From assembly GCA_028534125.1 (NCBI GenBank), contig CM052832.1, positions 18,850,001 to 18,914,000 of the forward strand: a DNA stretch of 64,000 nucleotides, in the 5' to 3' direction. The stretch comes from Lama glama (taxonomy: Eukaryota). The notes beneath the pieces are model-generated. The model did no database searches. It had not been told where the DNA came from and saw only the letters and a program-made list of their open reading frames with translations. Below are positions 38,097 through 50,525 of the stretch, piece by piece. How positions within the stretch are numbered: position 1 is the first letter of the stretch; every line of letters begins with the position of its first letter. A program made the position numbers and the translations under genes.

Positions 38097-39949
38097 GAGT
38101 CAGTGAAGGACCAGCCAACAGAGAAGTAGTAGGAAACCAGGAAGATATGCTGTCAAGTTGGGAGGACAGGAAAAAATAGTATTTCAAGAAATGGAAGATG
38201 GTTTAACAGTGTCGTGTTTTGCTTAAAAGTCAAATGGATAAAGAGTAACATGCGTTTAAATTTAACAATAAGGGAAGTATTGGCTTGTTTTTGCTTTTTG
38301 GAGAGATCCAAAAAGAGATCCATTTAGTAGAATAATGGGAGAAGAAGGTAAGTTGTAGTGGGTTGAAGAGTGATTAGGAGATGGAAAAGGAGAGGGAAGC
38401 AGAACACAGATAACTCCAGAATTAGGGATACGAAGGAGAATAAAGTCAGAGGAGTAGCCAAAATGCTGTACAGGGGACTTTCTGTTAAGCATAGAGGATT
38501 TAGTACTTGCATTTATGTAACACTGCTTATTCCCAATAAGAGTAGAAGAAAAAACCGTCCATAGATTCCCTAATGTAAACAGTGGACTTCAGTTAATAAT
38601 ATCGTGTCAATATTGGCTCATCAATTGTAGCAAATACACCAAACTAACAGAGACATTAACAGTAAGGGAAACTGTGGGGAGTGAGGGGTGTATAGAAATT
38701 CTCTGTACTTTCTATTAAATTTTTCTGTAAATCCAAAACTATTCTAAGAAATAGGTTTTTTAATTTATATAAAAGTCATAAACCACAAGGACAAAGGAGA
38801 CAGGAGATGGTAACAAACTAGAAAATTTAACATTTTGGAAACTGGGAAAGCCAGTGGAGGAATGGTAACTGACTTAACAGACCAGAGAAAGACAAATTGT
38901 AAGCCAGAGGGGAGAAAGCAAATAAAAAGCAAGCTAATTTCTATAGCAGAACCCAAGAAAAATCTCAGGAACTAGAGGCACAAATAATCTCTGGATGCTG
39001 AAGTGCAGAATGAGAGAACAACAAAAACCAGGAAGATTGGTAAAGAATTTAAAAGAAGAGTTAGATTCCCTTCTCTAACTCATCCAGCCAGTCAGCTACG
39101 CAGCCCTGGACCGCTGCCTAAGATGGGAGGTTTACTCTTTGGAGACACTGAACCAAAAAGAACCTAGTCGTGGAACAGCAGAAGGTAAAAAGTGAGACAT
39201 CATACCATATGGAAAAGAGGGATATTGAGAGAAAATCTACCTTCTAAATGTTACACCTCCACAACTTTCTCTGCTTGATTCTCAGAAGTCTAACAGCAGG
39301 CTTTATGATCCCAGACATCAGATTCCACTCCTAGATTACTGACTATCCTTAAAAGACAAACCTGTGAGATACTGATAAATGGCGATTTGCCAGTGAAAGG
39401 GCCAGGTCCCCTCACCCATTGTCCTAAATTGAGCCCCAGCAGCTGATAAGCCCTGTCCATTTCTGTAAAGCTTCAAATCAGCTCTGTTAAGCCTCACTGT
39501 TAATATAGACATCCAAGGAAAACTGATATTTTAGGAAAGCCTCAGTCATGAAAGCCAGAGACCAAAACAAACAGACCTTAACATGGAACATAGAAGAGTG
39601 TGGGAGCAAAAGAAAACTTACTCTAGAGAGAGGGAACGTCTGCTCTTCATCATGATAGAAAAACAAGGATTGGACATTCCTTCAAAAACTAGAAAATAGT
39701 ACAAAATATAAGAACAACTGCTTTTCAGACACTGAACATCGGATGGAGCAGGACTGTGATCCTTGAAGGAAGGGAAACAAAGTGAGTACTATGATTGCCC
39801 CCAGATTTCTGCTTGGAAATAACTGGGTGGTGAGTGAAAAGAGGGAAACCCTAAAGAGCCCATGGGGTCAAGGAGATGTAAAGTTTGGAGAGACAGGGGT
39901 GGCAGTATCTTATGAGGCAGAGTGCCAAGAAGCAGGGAGCTGCACTGAA

Positions 39950-41045
39950 AAGCAAATCAATAAATTTGATACAATCCTAGGTGGACTGATCAAGATGAAA
40001 AGACAGAAGATAGAACTTAGCAATATGAGGCATGAAAGAAGAGTCCTCACTTACAAACATTAAAAGGGGAGGAAAAGGATATTATGAACAACTTAATACC
40101 AATAAATCTGATAATTTAGTTGAAACATACAAATGACAAAAATTGCCAAAATCGACTCAAGAAGAAACAGAAAAATCTGAAGAGTTCTATATATTAAAGA
40201 AGTTTGAATTTGAAGTTAAAACCTTCCTGAAAAGAAAAGAAGAAACAATCACCTCACTTATCTCAACAGATACACACCCACACATAAATACAAACATGAG
40301 ACAAAATTCAACAGCCATTCATAATAAAACCCCCAAATATGCTGGAAAGAAGAAAAGGGAATTTCCTCAACTTGATAAAAGTCATCTACAAAAACCCTAC
40401 ACCTAATAACACTTAATGGTGAAAGACTAAATGGTTTCTCCCTAAAATCAGGAAAAAGACAAGGATATCTTCTCTTCCTACTTGTACTTAATATTATGCT
40501 AGAAGTCTTAGCCATTCCCATAAGGCAAGCAAAACAAATCAAAGTCATAGTGATCAGAAAGGAAGAAAACATTTTGCAGACAACATGGCTGTACATAGAA
40601 ACCTTAAGCAAACTACCAAAAAAGCTATTAGAAATAATAAGTGAATTTAGCAAGATTGCAGGACACAAGGTCAATATATAATCAATTGTATTTCCATATG
40701 CCATATACCAGCAATGAAAAATTTGAAATTAAAAATTTAAAATTATAATTTATGATAGCATAAAAAAGTATGTAAGGATAAATTTAATAAAATATGTACG
40801 ACACGTATAATGAAAACTACAAAACATTGCTGAAGTAAAAAAGAGCTAAATGATTGGAGAATATATTAATAACCATAGATTGAAAGATGTGATTAAAGTG
40901 TTAACTTCTCCTCAAATAGAACTTGAGATATTAATGAAATCTCAATAATAATCATAACAGGATTTTCTGTAGAAATTAACAAGATGATTCTAAAATTCAT
41001 ATGGAAATTCAAAGAAATTAGGATGGCCAAAACCTTGAAAAAAAC
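39950..41045 (+). mobile_element. Degenerate L1 ORF2 (reverse-transcriptase region) fragment
   Basis: Translations such as NGERLNGFSLKSGKRQGY, MLEVLAIPIRQAKQIK and KKLLEIISEFSKIAGHKVNI match L1 ORF2p, with frameshifts and stops. Confidence 0.9.
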
Positions 41046-42102
41046 AAAGTAGTTTGCCTCTTTAACTGACCTCTTGAGATTGTATGGAAATCATCTGTGT
41101 CCTGTAGCGTCTTAATTACTTCCATATGAATTGAATTCATTCAATAAACACCCCTATTTGCATATCTGGATTATCTCTAGAAATAGCTGTCCCTGTTTGG
41201 AGAAGCTTTGCTGTTTAAGCAGTTCTCAGAAGCATATGGAAATCCTCTCCTATAAACCCCTCAACCCTAACTTCTATTCCCTAGTTCTCCCCACATCTTT
41301 TCTAGAAATGAGGTAAGCTGACTCGGAGGCTTTTAAATTCTGAATTTAAGTCACTCATTCTAAGTCACTCTGGAGGTCTGGAGATCTTGAAATAATTGTC
41401 TCCTTTATCCAAGAAAAAATAAGCTTAAGTCAACTCTTCACTTTCTGATAGCGCTGGGGTTCCCTTGGCTATTTAGGTAGGAACCCCATTAGCAAGTCAA
41501 CTACCCCTCTGATAAATAGGAGATCTACAAATAACTCACAATTACTCTGAGTTAGTACAACAAGGGAGTTACCAACCAAGCTACTCTAAAAGTGGCCTGT
41601 GAGAAAAGCAGCAATTTAAAAAAACTGCCCAACTTCTGGCTTTCTTTCAAACGATTACCTTAAGTTTGTATTGTACCCTTTGTTATATTTTTACTTATTT
41701 AGATCTCCTTTGTTAATATTATTATTGCTCTATGAAGAAATACCTCTTTTAACTGATGTTATTCCAATTTTGGCAAATCGATATTTTGCCAAATGGCATG
41801 AGAAATGTGTGAATAAAAACTTAACATGTATGACTCCTTTCTTCATGCTGAGCACTTGCAATGTTTTTTCTCATTTAATCCTCAAGACAATTTTTATTAC
41901 CTCTATTATTCAAACAGAGAAACTTCACCCAAAAAATAAAAAATAAAAAAAGGAGAAACTTCACCCAAGACAGGTTAAATGACAGTTCCAAGGCCACACA
42001 TCAAAACCACAGAGTAGCCCTGATTTACAGTTTGGGTTTAAAAGTGGTATTTCCATTTATTCCTACAGCAACTATGAAGCTTTAAAAAAAAAAACTGACT
42101 AC

Positions 42103-42121
42103 TACTGCCATCTGTTGGTCA
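42103..42121 (-). promoter_or_regulatory. Candidate CTCF site
   Basis: Minus strand TGACCAACAGATGGCAGTA closely matches the CTCF core consensus (TGGCCASCAGRKGGCRSYA). Confidence 0.6.
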
Positions 42122-45100
42122 CTGACTGAGTTGCTCTTACTCAGGCTGCACTATGGGCCTGAGTGATTTTGATACACCTTAGGGCCGTTTATCCTGCTGG
42201 CGTCTAGAACAGTGCCTGACACGTTATAGACACTCAAAACTTGTGAAACAAATCCCTGGGAGATCCTAGGAGAATTTTGGTTGGTAAAAGTTCTCAGGTT
42301 GTTCTTTATTTTAACTCCACAAATAATCAAACCAGGAAGAATACGGAGGCTCCCTCCACACCAGACAATGACATTGTTGTAACTGTTACACCAACCATGC
42401 CACCTCTGCACTTATATACATACTTTGCAATTTCATTGCTTTAACTGATAACCAAGATTATCAGTTGAGTCTCACCTTTATGTTTAAATCCAGCTGTACC
42501 ATTTCTACTGCGTAGGTTTCAGAAAGAATCTTTGTTTTAGAACTGAAAAGGACCTGAGAAATCCTGGCTAGTGTTTGTTTCTCAAGTCCTGTTTCAAAAG
42601 ATGGTGATAGAAGAGTGTTTCATAGACAAATAAGTTTCATAAACAATGCAGTATATGAAGCTCCATTGGGTTTTTTTCACTGGAGAAGTTCTTTGAGTAT
42701 TTAACATGCTTACTTTGCTTAGGACCCACTAGGAGAGGGAATACGGGATACAGTGCTTCCCCAACCTGTTGGACTACAGCATTCTTTTCCATTAAGCTCC
42801 TATTAACTTCTCAAGGAATGCTAGTGTTTTACGGAACTCAATTTAGAAAATTCCAACATCCTAACTCCAGTTATTACAGACGGAGCCCAAAGAGAATAAT
42901 TTGCTCAGTATCATTCAGCTAGTTATTGGCAAAGCGAGGACTCTCATTTGAAGTGTTCTTTTCATAATATCATTCTTTCTATTTAATTTCTCCATATGAA
43001 AACTAAACACTAAGATGTACTGCCTTGCACAAAACTTTACGGTTATAAAGAGGATGTGAACTAACATTTAACGAGTGCTGCTATGTGCTCCTTGTTCACC
43101 CCCCCTCCCCTCCTGCTATAAATGGGCTAAACATTCCAGGCCATATGACTGTTGTATTTCACACCATGATTTAATAGATGCACATTCTTGTTTAAACACA
43201 TCCCTCTGTAGGATTAATCAGCGAGAGTCTGCTCTGAGAGATACATCTTGTTGATTTTCGAAGTGTCAGCCACATTGAGCTTTATTATTTCCTAGAAAGT
43301 TATACCATTTCCTACCCTAGACTCTTCATGCATGCTGGGTCCTTTTACACTCCTCTTGTTTTATTTCTCCCACTGGACTCCCAGTGCATAGAACTGGGTT
43401 AATCATAATTTCTGGTTGATGATTACCATCATCACCGTTCCAGTCACAGGATCCTTTATTTCTTTTAATAAAGAAATAATGAACAGAATCCAACCCAAGG
43501 GCCAGAATACAACCAGTAACTGATACTTACCTCCATGTTCCTTCCTTATCTATCTTGCTGCATCTCCCTCAAAGGATACCTTGATCCTAAATATTAGAAT
43601 TATCATTTGCTTGCTTTTTTGTTGGTTTTGTTTTGCTCACATGTGCATATGAACACATACACACATTTCTTTTGATTACTTGATTTTGGGTCACATTCTC
43701 TTGCTTCTTTGCCTGAGAATCTTTGATTAGATGCTGGACACTGTGAAAGTTCTGCCATTCAGTGTCTAGATTTGGTTGTCCACCTGGGGTCCATTCACAA
43801 CCCAAGTCCACTGAGTCCAAGGGACACATTAGTCTTAAGGCTGGTTCAGTTTGGCAATTCCCCTGAGATTGTTTTATTTGATTACATTAAATAACCTATT
43901 GAAGATTTAATTTTATTCTGAAAAATATCCAAGCTTCCTAAATGAGATTAGGGTGGATTTGACTTTTCCCTCTTGTCTAGCTCAAGGTCACAGATCTAAG
44001 GTCATTTTAACGATACTTCCAAGCAGATACAGACATTGCCAGAAACTTTCCAGTTCATGGACTCCCCACATTTAGAAAAGACAACACTGTCTGTAAGAAA
44101 AGCATGAATAACTTACAGCAGCAAAATAGGAAAAGCTAGAAAGGGAGCTAATGCAAAGTCAAAGTCATAGAAGTATACTACCTGAGTGCACGAATGATCA
44201 CCAATGAGGCTGAGCTGTATCCCAGGGCTTCCCAACCCTCTTCCTGACATGCACACATAGAACATGGTTTTATTTGTCCAGCACACTGTCGTAAACAGAT
44301 AAAGCACCTCTCATTAAGAAGAGGTGTTTCTAGGGCCCCCAGTACATTGCCAGGCCCTACCTGGCTGCCCTGAGGGCTCAAGATGTTAACACACTTAGTA
44401 TCTGTTCACTGTGTGATAGTTGAGATACTCTAGGCTAAGGGTTCTTGTAATTTTACAAATACTGTTCAAGAAAGAAAGGCGATGAGAAAACCTACGACTT
44501 CTATGACCCACATAGACTTATAGTCAGCAACTGCTGAGATGTTTAAGATCTGTGGCTGATTCATAGTCAGGCTAAACAAGCATATTTCCTTGACAATCAA
44601 TCGTATAACCATCATCGTATTAGTCATGTCTTGGATACACACATACTAATATATACATACAATTACATAATACCTTTTACATCACAGAGCACTTCATCGT
44701 AAAACACTTTTAAAAAAATCCACCAACACTTATCATTGCAGTTGTAAAACTTCATCCCCATTAGGTAATCTTATTCACTTTGACTAACAGGGAATAGGAA
44801 ATGAGAGCTTCTTGTTTTGTTTTGTTTTGTTTTGTTAAGAAGGCATGCAACTAGTAAGTCACAAAGAGCTAGTACTTAAACCCAGATTCTTAATTACACA
44901 ATATTGGTGCACAAGTGACTGCCGAGGAATATGACTTTAACCATCACTAGTAGGTACGTTTTTCTGTAGAACTACAGATACATCCATGGGCGACATAGCA
45001 AATGCCAGCATGGGAATGGATCCCGAAGGATAAGATCTTGGATATTTTCGTTTTGCTCAAATATAGCTCAAGTTTCCACAACCCAAAAGGAAAGAGGGAG

Positions 45101-46327
45101 CTTGGTAACGTTCCTGTGTACAACCATAAAAGTTTGGTGTTTTGTTTTTTTTAAATCACATGAGGAAAGCTGAAATAACATCCGTTTCTTTTCCTTGGAA
45201 TTGAGAAGGACATTCTCATACAAGGAAGGCCATGTTCCTGGCTTAATCTTAAATGCGACTAGTTTGTGCTTTCCTCTTTAGAATGGTAAGCCCTCAGAGA
45301 GGCTAGACAACAACCAGGGAACTTTAGAATTACATGCACAGCCATTACATTGTAGCATAACAAGCCAGCGATCGAATAAGCCTTCAAAAGAAAGTTGTTT
45401 ATTAGGTTAAATACATAAATACACATTGATAATTTAAACTTCCTGTTCCAAATATACTTGCATGCAACCTCAAGGAAATAGAACTGAAACAAACAAAAAA
45501 AACTTTATCATGGAACTATAGTGCCCTTGGCAAAAATAACAAATACAGAGGATGGACATCTTAATTCCAAGAAAAAATATACTTCAGCCACAGCATGAGA
45601 AATGTGGTCTGGATTTAAGGAAGATTTCACTGACACCTGTTTCTTATTGAAAGAAGAAACAGGAAAAGGTAGTTAATTTTCTTCTCTGAAGATCTTATTT
45701 TGTATTTTTAACTTACTAAATATAACCATAATAGTCAATATTTGGGAAATAGAAAATACTTCCAATTTCTCTATACTCTCAGGATGCACTATTTCTAACA
45801 AAGCAACTGTCACCATTTTTTATCTATCTTTGGCTACTTTTTTTGAAATATGTGCACTGATTACATATTTGTTGCTAGAACACAACAAAACTTCATATTT
45901 TACAATTTTTGTTTCTGAGTTCAACATTGTCCAAGCAGTTTTCTACATTGCTGTGGAGTTCATAATTGTTCTTGAAATTAACATTCCATAGAGGAGATAT
46001 ATTGTAACTGCCTTAAATATTGCCCTGTTGTCGCTTCTCATTTTCTGCCAGTATGAATTATGTTGTGATGGACATGTTCATACAGATAGTTTTTGCTCAT
46101 GTTTGGACAAGTTTCTCAGGATAAAATCCCAGAAGTCTGAAACAGAAGCTAGGAAATTTTTTTATGGCTTCCCCCAAATTGCTTTCCAGAAAGGTATCAT
46201 TTTTGTTGCTGTCAGCAGTGCCTGAGAGAGCCAGTTTTACTAAAGCTTTATTGGCATCGAATATCATAGCTTTTTATATTTTCACTAATTCAAGAGGCAG
46301 TAACTATTCCCTCATTCTTGGCTTTTC

Positions 46328-46359
<32 letters not shown>

Positions 46360-47699
46360 ACAGCCACAGGACAACACAATAATTAGTAATATATCTCATT
46401 GACCTTTTTGACCAGTTGACCAAATTGGATGTTTGGCTAACTCCTTAAAGTGATCTCTACAACAGGTGATGACTCCCATTTGAAACGTTGTTTGACCATC
46501 CCATTATTTTGGTGCATAAACAGAGAAGTCTGTCTTTTCCAAAAACCAGTTTATAGTTCGCAGTTTTACAGGTTGACTTAAACCCTGTTTGTATTTTTGA
46601 GTGATTGAAACTGAAGACAGAAAGTAGGGGAGAAATATTCACAGGTGAGAATATTTAGGAGGACTTTGACTTGAAATATGCACAACTACATCCAAACCTC
46701 CACACATAATTAACAAGCTTTCAAACTGGTGGAAATTATCCCAGCCTTGACAGAGATCAGCTTGAGCTCATGACTGACTCTTAGCTGCAATAAAGATCAT
46801 AAGAATCACCTTTTAAATCAAAATGTGGAAAGAAAAGTATATCTTCATTCCAATAATTCTTTCTGCCCTCAAACATACCAGCCTTGATTAGTTTAACTCA
46901 GCCCACAGTTATTTAGCACCTACTGAATTCACGGTATTCTCTGATCTGCAAAGACTGCTGAGATGAATAAGGCATGATCTTTTCCCTCAAGGCACACATA
47001 GTTTTATATTATAGATCAGTAAACATTTTTCAGGTAACAGACATTTCAGAAATTACCTCCAAGACTGCAAAATAACACATTGCCTCTAGAAGACTGTGAG
47101 ACTCGGGGGGAAATGCTCTCTAAGGCAAATTTGTCTTGGATCCCATCCAGGAAACCATCAAACTTTTCTTAATGATGTGGTCTCATCTACAAATGAGCCA
47201 CACACAGCATTGCTCTGCAGGGTAGCCCAGACTCATGTGTTTACAAACCGAAAATCAATGGCCTTTCTTAAATGACTCTCTGCCTTAGCTGAGTGTAAAT
47301 TTTCAAATATTGCTTCGCAATATATACTCAAGTCAACGCTTTAAACCTCTATGTTTTTATTTAATATTGGGAAATGCCTTGCTAGAACTAAAAATTGTAA
47401 GAGTCACTGCCAGGTTTTCTAAACAGAGGGTATCAATAACCAATCGATAAACACTGTCCTAGTCATACACACAAATTATGCCTGGTTGAAAGGTTGGTTA
47501 GGTGAGCACATGGGTTATTGCCCATCGCTGGAGCTCCGGCTTACACGCTCTTTATAAAAGATCAGGCATCATCCCCACTGCCAGTGAGTATAATCTCCTG
47601 GAGGACACAGTAGGTATCCAGAGAGAACCACAATTGTGATAATAATATGCTGAAAGCAGGAGTGGGTTGGGAGCAATGATTAACAGTAATCAAATATGG

Positions 47700-47925
47700 G
47701 TATGAGATAACATTTGTCAGGTGCTTATCCTGTATTAAGCACTGGGTCAGGCAAGTGATATGTATTCACCCTTGAAATTTTCCTAAGAAGAACATGAGAA
47801 AATTTTTATCCCAACTTTGAAAACAGTAGAAACTAAGGCTCAGAGAAATTAAACAACTTTATCAAGCTCACATAATCAATAGTCATGCCAGCATTCGAAC
47901 TCAGAACAGCCTGACTCCAGAGCTA
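47700..47925 (-). mobile_element. MIR SINE
   Basis: gaaactaaggctcagagaaattaaacaactt...gcattcgaactcag...cctgactccagagc. Confidence 0.75.
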
Positions 47926-48029
47926 ATATTCTCTCCTTCATACCGTCCTGTTCAAGGAAAGCCACTGGGAAGACACACGTCATTTGTGATCAAAGGGAAG
48001 ACCAGTTGGTTGAAGACGTCATATTAAGC

Positions 48030-48840
48030 GGTTCTAGGTACTTTCCCCATAAACATCTTTGCCATTAGACATCTTTGCCCCCAAGCATTTTTGCTGCAAA
48101 CGTTTCTGCAGTGTAACTAATTCACTGTAAAGCAATTCTGCCATGATAGGTCAACAGTTGGGTTTGACAGTTTGGTTTCAGTGAGTTGAAGCATGTTATT
48201 TCTTCCAGTTAGTGATGTTCTTGATAGCTTTATTGAGCTGACAGCTGGTGATGATTTGCTCCAAGAATTGGTTTCTTATTTCCTCCTCCTACATTGGAGG
48301 GGAAAGAGGATAAGAGTTAAAGGAACCCACATTTCTCATAAAACTGCCATGTCTATCAACAGACACATGACAATATGCCAAGTACAACATACAGCAAAAA
48401 ATGGAGCAGACGCTTTTACATTGCAGTACGAAGCTCACTTACAAATATGCATCCTAGCGTTTGGAAACTCAATGAAGAAATAAATTTTAGCGAAAAAGAA
48501 AATAAGGAGAATGAGGAGAAAAAATCAGCAAGTAAAAAACAAATGTATATAAATACTCTGAACAAAAGACTTACAGGTCAAATGCTTAAACACAACCCAC
48601 ATGCGATGAATCTACACATATTTTAAATGTATTCAAATATTTGGCATTTTGCAATAGTTTTTTTAAATTATTCATTTCTCATGTTTTATCATATCCTTTT
48701 TTAATGCCCCTCTTTAAGTTTTTCTTTTATTTTATCTTTTACGACAAAACTGCCTCATGGCTAGTGAGTTATGTAGTGAAAATCCTTGCAGCAAAATTAG
48801 CTACGGTGTTAAGATGCTTACGGCCAAAGTACCAGACACA
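48030..48840 (+). mobile_element. Fossil Mutator/MuDR (MULE) DNA transposon, internally deleted, with transposase C-terminal remnant
   Basis: Imperfect TIRs (GGTTCTAGGTACTTTCCCCATAAACATCTT vs reverse complement TGTGTCTGGTACTTTGGCCGTAAGCATCTT); 9-bp TSD ATATTAAGC (48021-48029) / ATCTTGAGC (48841-48849); frameshifted peptide LFLPVSDVLDSFIEL..LQELVSYF..EPTFLIKL..VYQQTHDNMPST..SSLTNMHPSVWKL..LNKRL..AMNLHIF*. Confidence 0.75.
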
Positions 48841-49719
48841 ATCTTGAGCATTTGAGACTATCTGAACAAGTAAACCAGCCCTGTCTTAGAGGTTACTTGG
48901 GCTTCCCCAATGCTCTTAAGTTACTCGGGGTTACCAAGCAATAAATTTAAAAAGTAAGCCAATAAATAAGGTGAATTTTAATTGGATCTGATATTATCTA
49001 ATGGGAACTAGGAGGAGGTAATAAAGAACAAAGTCAGGAAGAAGTTAGAATGCTCTCGTTTTAAACTTAAAATTTTCCTCTTAATCTAAAACATTCTACT
49101 GAAATGTAGAAGTGGATAGCACTGGCATTAAAAAGCATGTGAAAATGAGAGTTGGGCTCCATGGGTTCATTTTTTAAAAAAATTTGATTGACGTACTATT
49201 TTACGTGATTAATTTACTTATTAGAGCTGACATGTCTAAGTGATATCTTTCTCTTGCCCAGCTCTCTCTGGCTTTGGTAACTTTTGCCATTTAGATCCTC
49301 TTTTTCTTTTTGTCATTTATTAACTGCTGGCGCTGTCAAATCGTGCTGGCTGACAGCACGATTTGTGAATTTAGGACACGGTGACGATACCCTGGCCCAG
49401 CCGCGTTTACAGAGGAACCTGGGTAGGTTTTTGATGTATTGTTGGGACATAAATAGGAAATGGCAGTTCCTCAGTAGAAGGTCAAGACAATTTGTCCAAC
49501 AAAGTCATGTGTGAAGCTTAGCCCCGTGAAGAATCTGTGGACATCCAAGGGTTAGCAACGGGAGGTGGGTCTTGGCAGAAGAAGTGACACTTAAAAAGCT
49601 TTGAAAAGGTATCAATTCTCCATAAAAGTTAAAAAACAAGAAAGATTCACAGCTGTTAGACACACAAAGGAAGATTACCTTGTGCCCAGCCACTTCCTCT
49701 TCCTCATCACAGAAGGTGA

Positions 49720-49915
49720 GTTTAGGACGGGGGTCAGGGCTTGGGCTCACGCAGTATTCGAATACTGGACTCAGCACATCATGTCACCTCTCTGAGAGTC
49801 AGTGTCCCCATCTGTGAAAGAAAGATGACCAATCACCCCTGCTGGGTAGGTACTGGGATTAAATGGGATAAAAAATAAAGCACTGACACATGATAGAGAC
49901 TCAGTAGATGATAAC
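49720..49915 (+). mobile_element. MIR SINE
   Basis: tcacctctctgagagtcagtgtccccatctgtgaaag...gattaaatgggataa...aaagcactgacacatgatagagactcagtagatg. Confidence 0.65.
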
Positions 49916-50049
49916 TCCTGCAACTCAGTCTTATGCTCAGAACCATTTTTTAGCCACTCATGAGGACAGCAGGACACTGAGTATGTTTCTCCTCCTGTTC
50001 CCTCGAGTCTTTCTTGTGTGCTGCAGGGTCAAATGTAATTAAAACCTTT

Positions 50050-50185
50050 CCTTTTGTTTCTTTTCTTTTCTTTCTTTCTTTCTCTCTTTATTTCTTCTTT
50101 CTTTTTTTCCTTTCTTTTCTTTCTTTTCTTTCCTTTCTTCCTTTTCTTTCCTTTCTTTCTCTCCCTGCCTTTTCCCTTCCTCTCA
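50050..50185. repeat. (TTTC)n-like polypyrimidine simple repeat
   Basis: About 130 nt of nearly pure T/C. Confidence 0.9.
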
Positions 50186-50369
50186 TCCCTCCACTATCCT
50201 TCCTACCAATTTTTATTGCTTTTCAAAAGTTACATGCACACAACATGTTTCTTGTAGAAAATGTTCATGTTTATTGCAGATAACACAAATAAGCAAAAAA
50301 GAGTATATAATTTCCCATAATTCACATCACAGGTAGACCTACTGTGAGTGTGTGTGTGTATTTCTAAAC

Positions 50370-50525
50370 TAGTAATTCTCAACCTTGGCTATACACTGGC
50401 ATCACCTGGGGAGCTTCTGAAGTAGGTACCTGCAGTTCTCACCCAGAGATTCTGACTCAGTCCAGCTGAGGTGGGGTCTGGTCATTGGATTTTCAAAAGC
50501 TTCCCAGGTGATCCTTCTGTGCAAC
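50370..50525. mobile_element. MER5A relic
   Basis: ttctcaaccttggctatacactggcatcacctggggagctt...agattctgactcag...aagcttcccaggtgat. Confidence 0.75.

Noticed and set aside
39950..41045. Active reverse-transcriptase gene
   Set aside because: Fragmented by stops, frameshifts and deletions; a dead L1.
50014..50283. Hydrophobic F/L/S-rich 'membrane' ORFs (also 62714-63028)
   Set aside because: Translations of (TTTC)n and (GAAA)n simple repeats.
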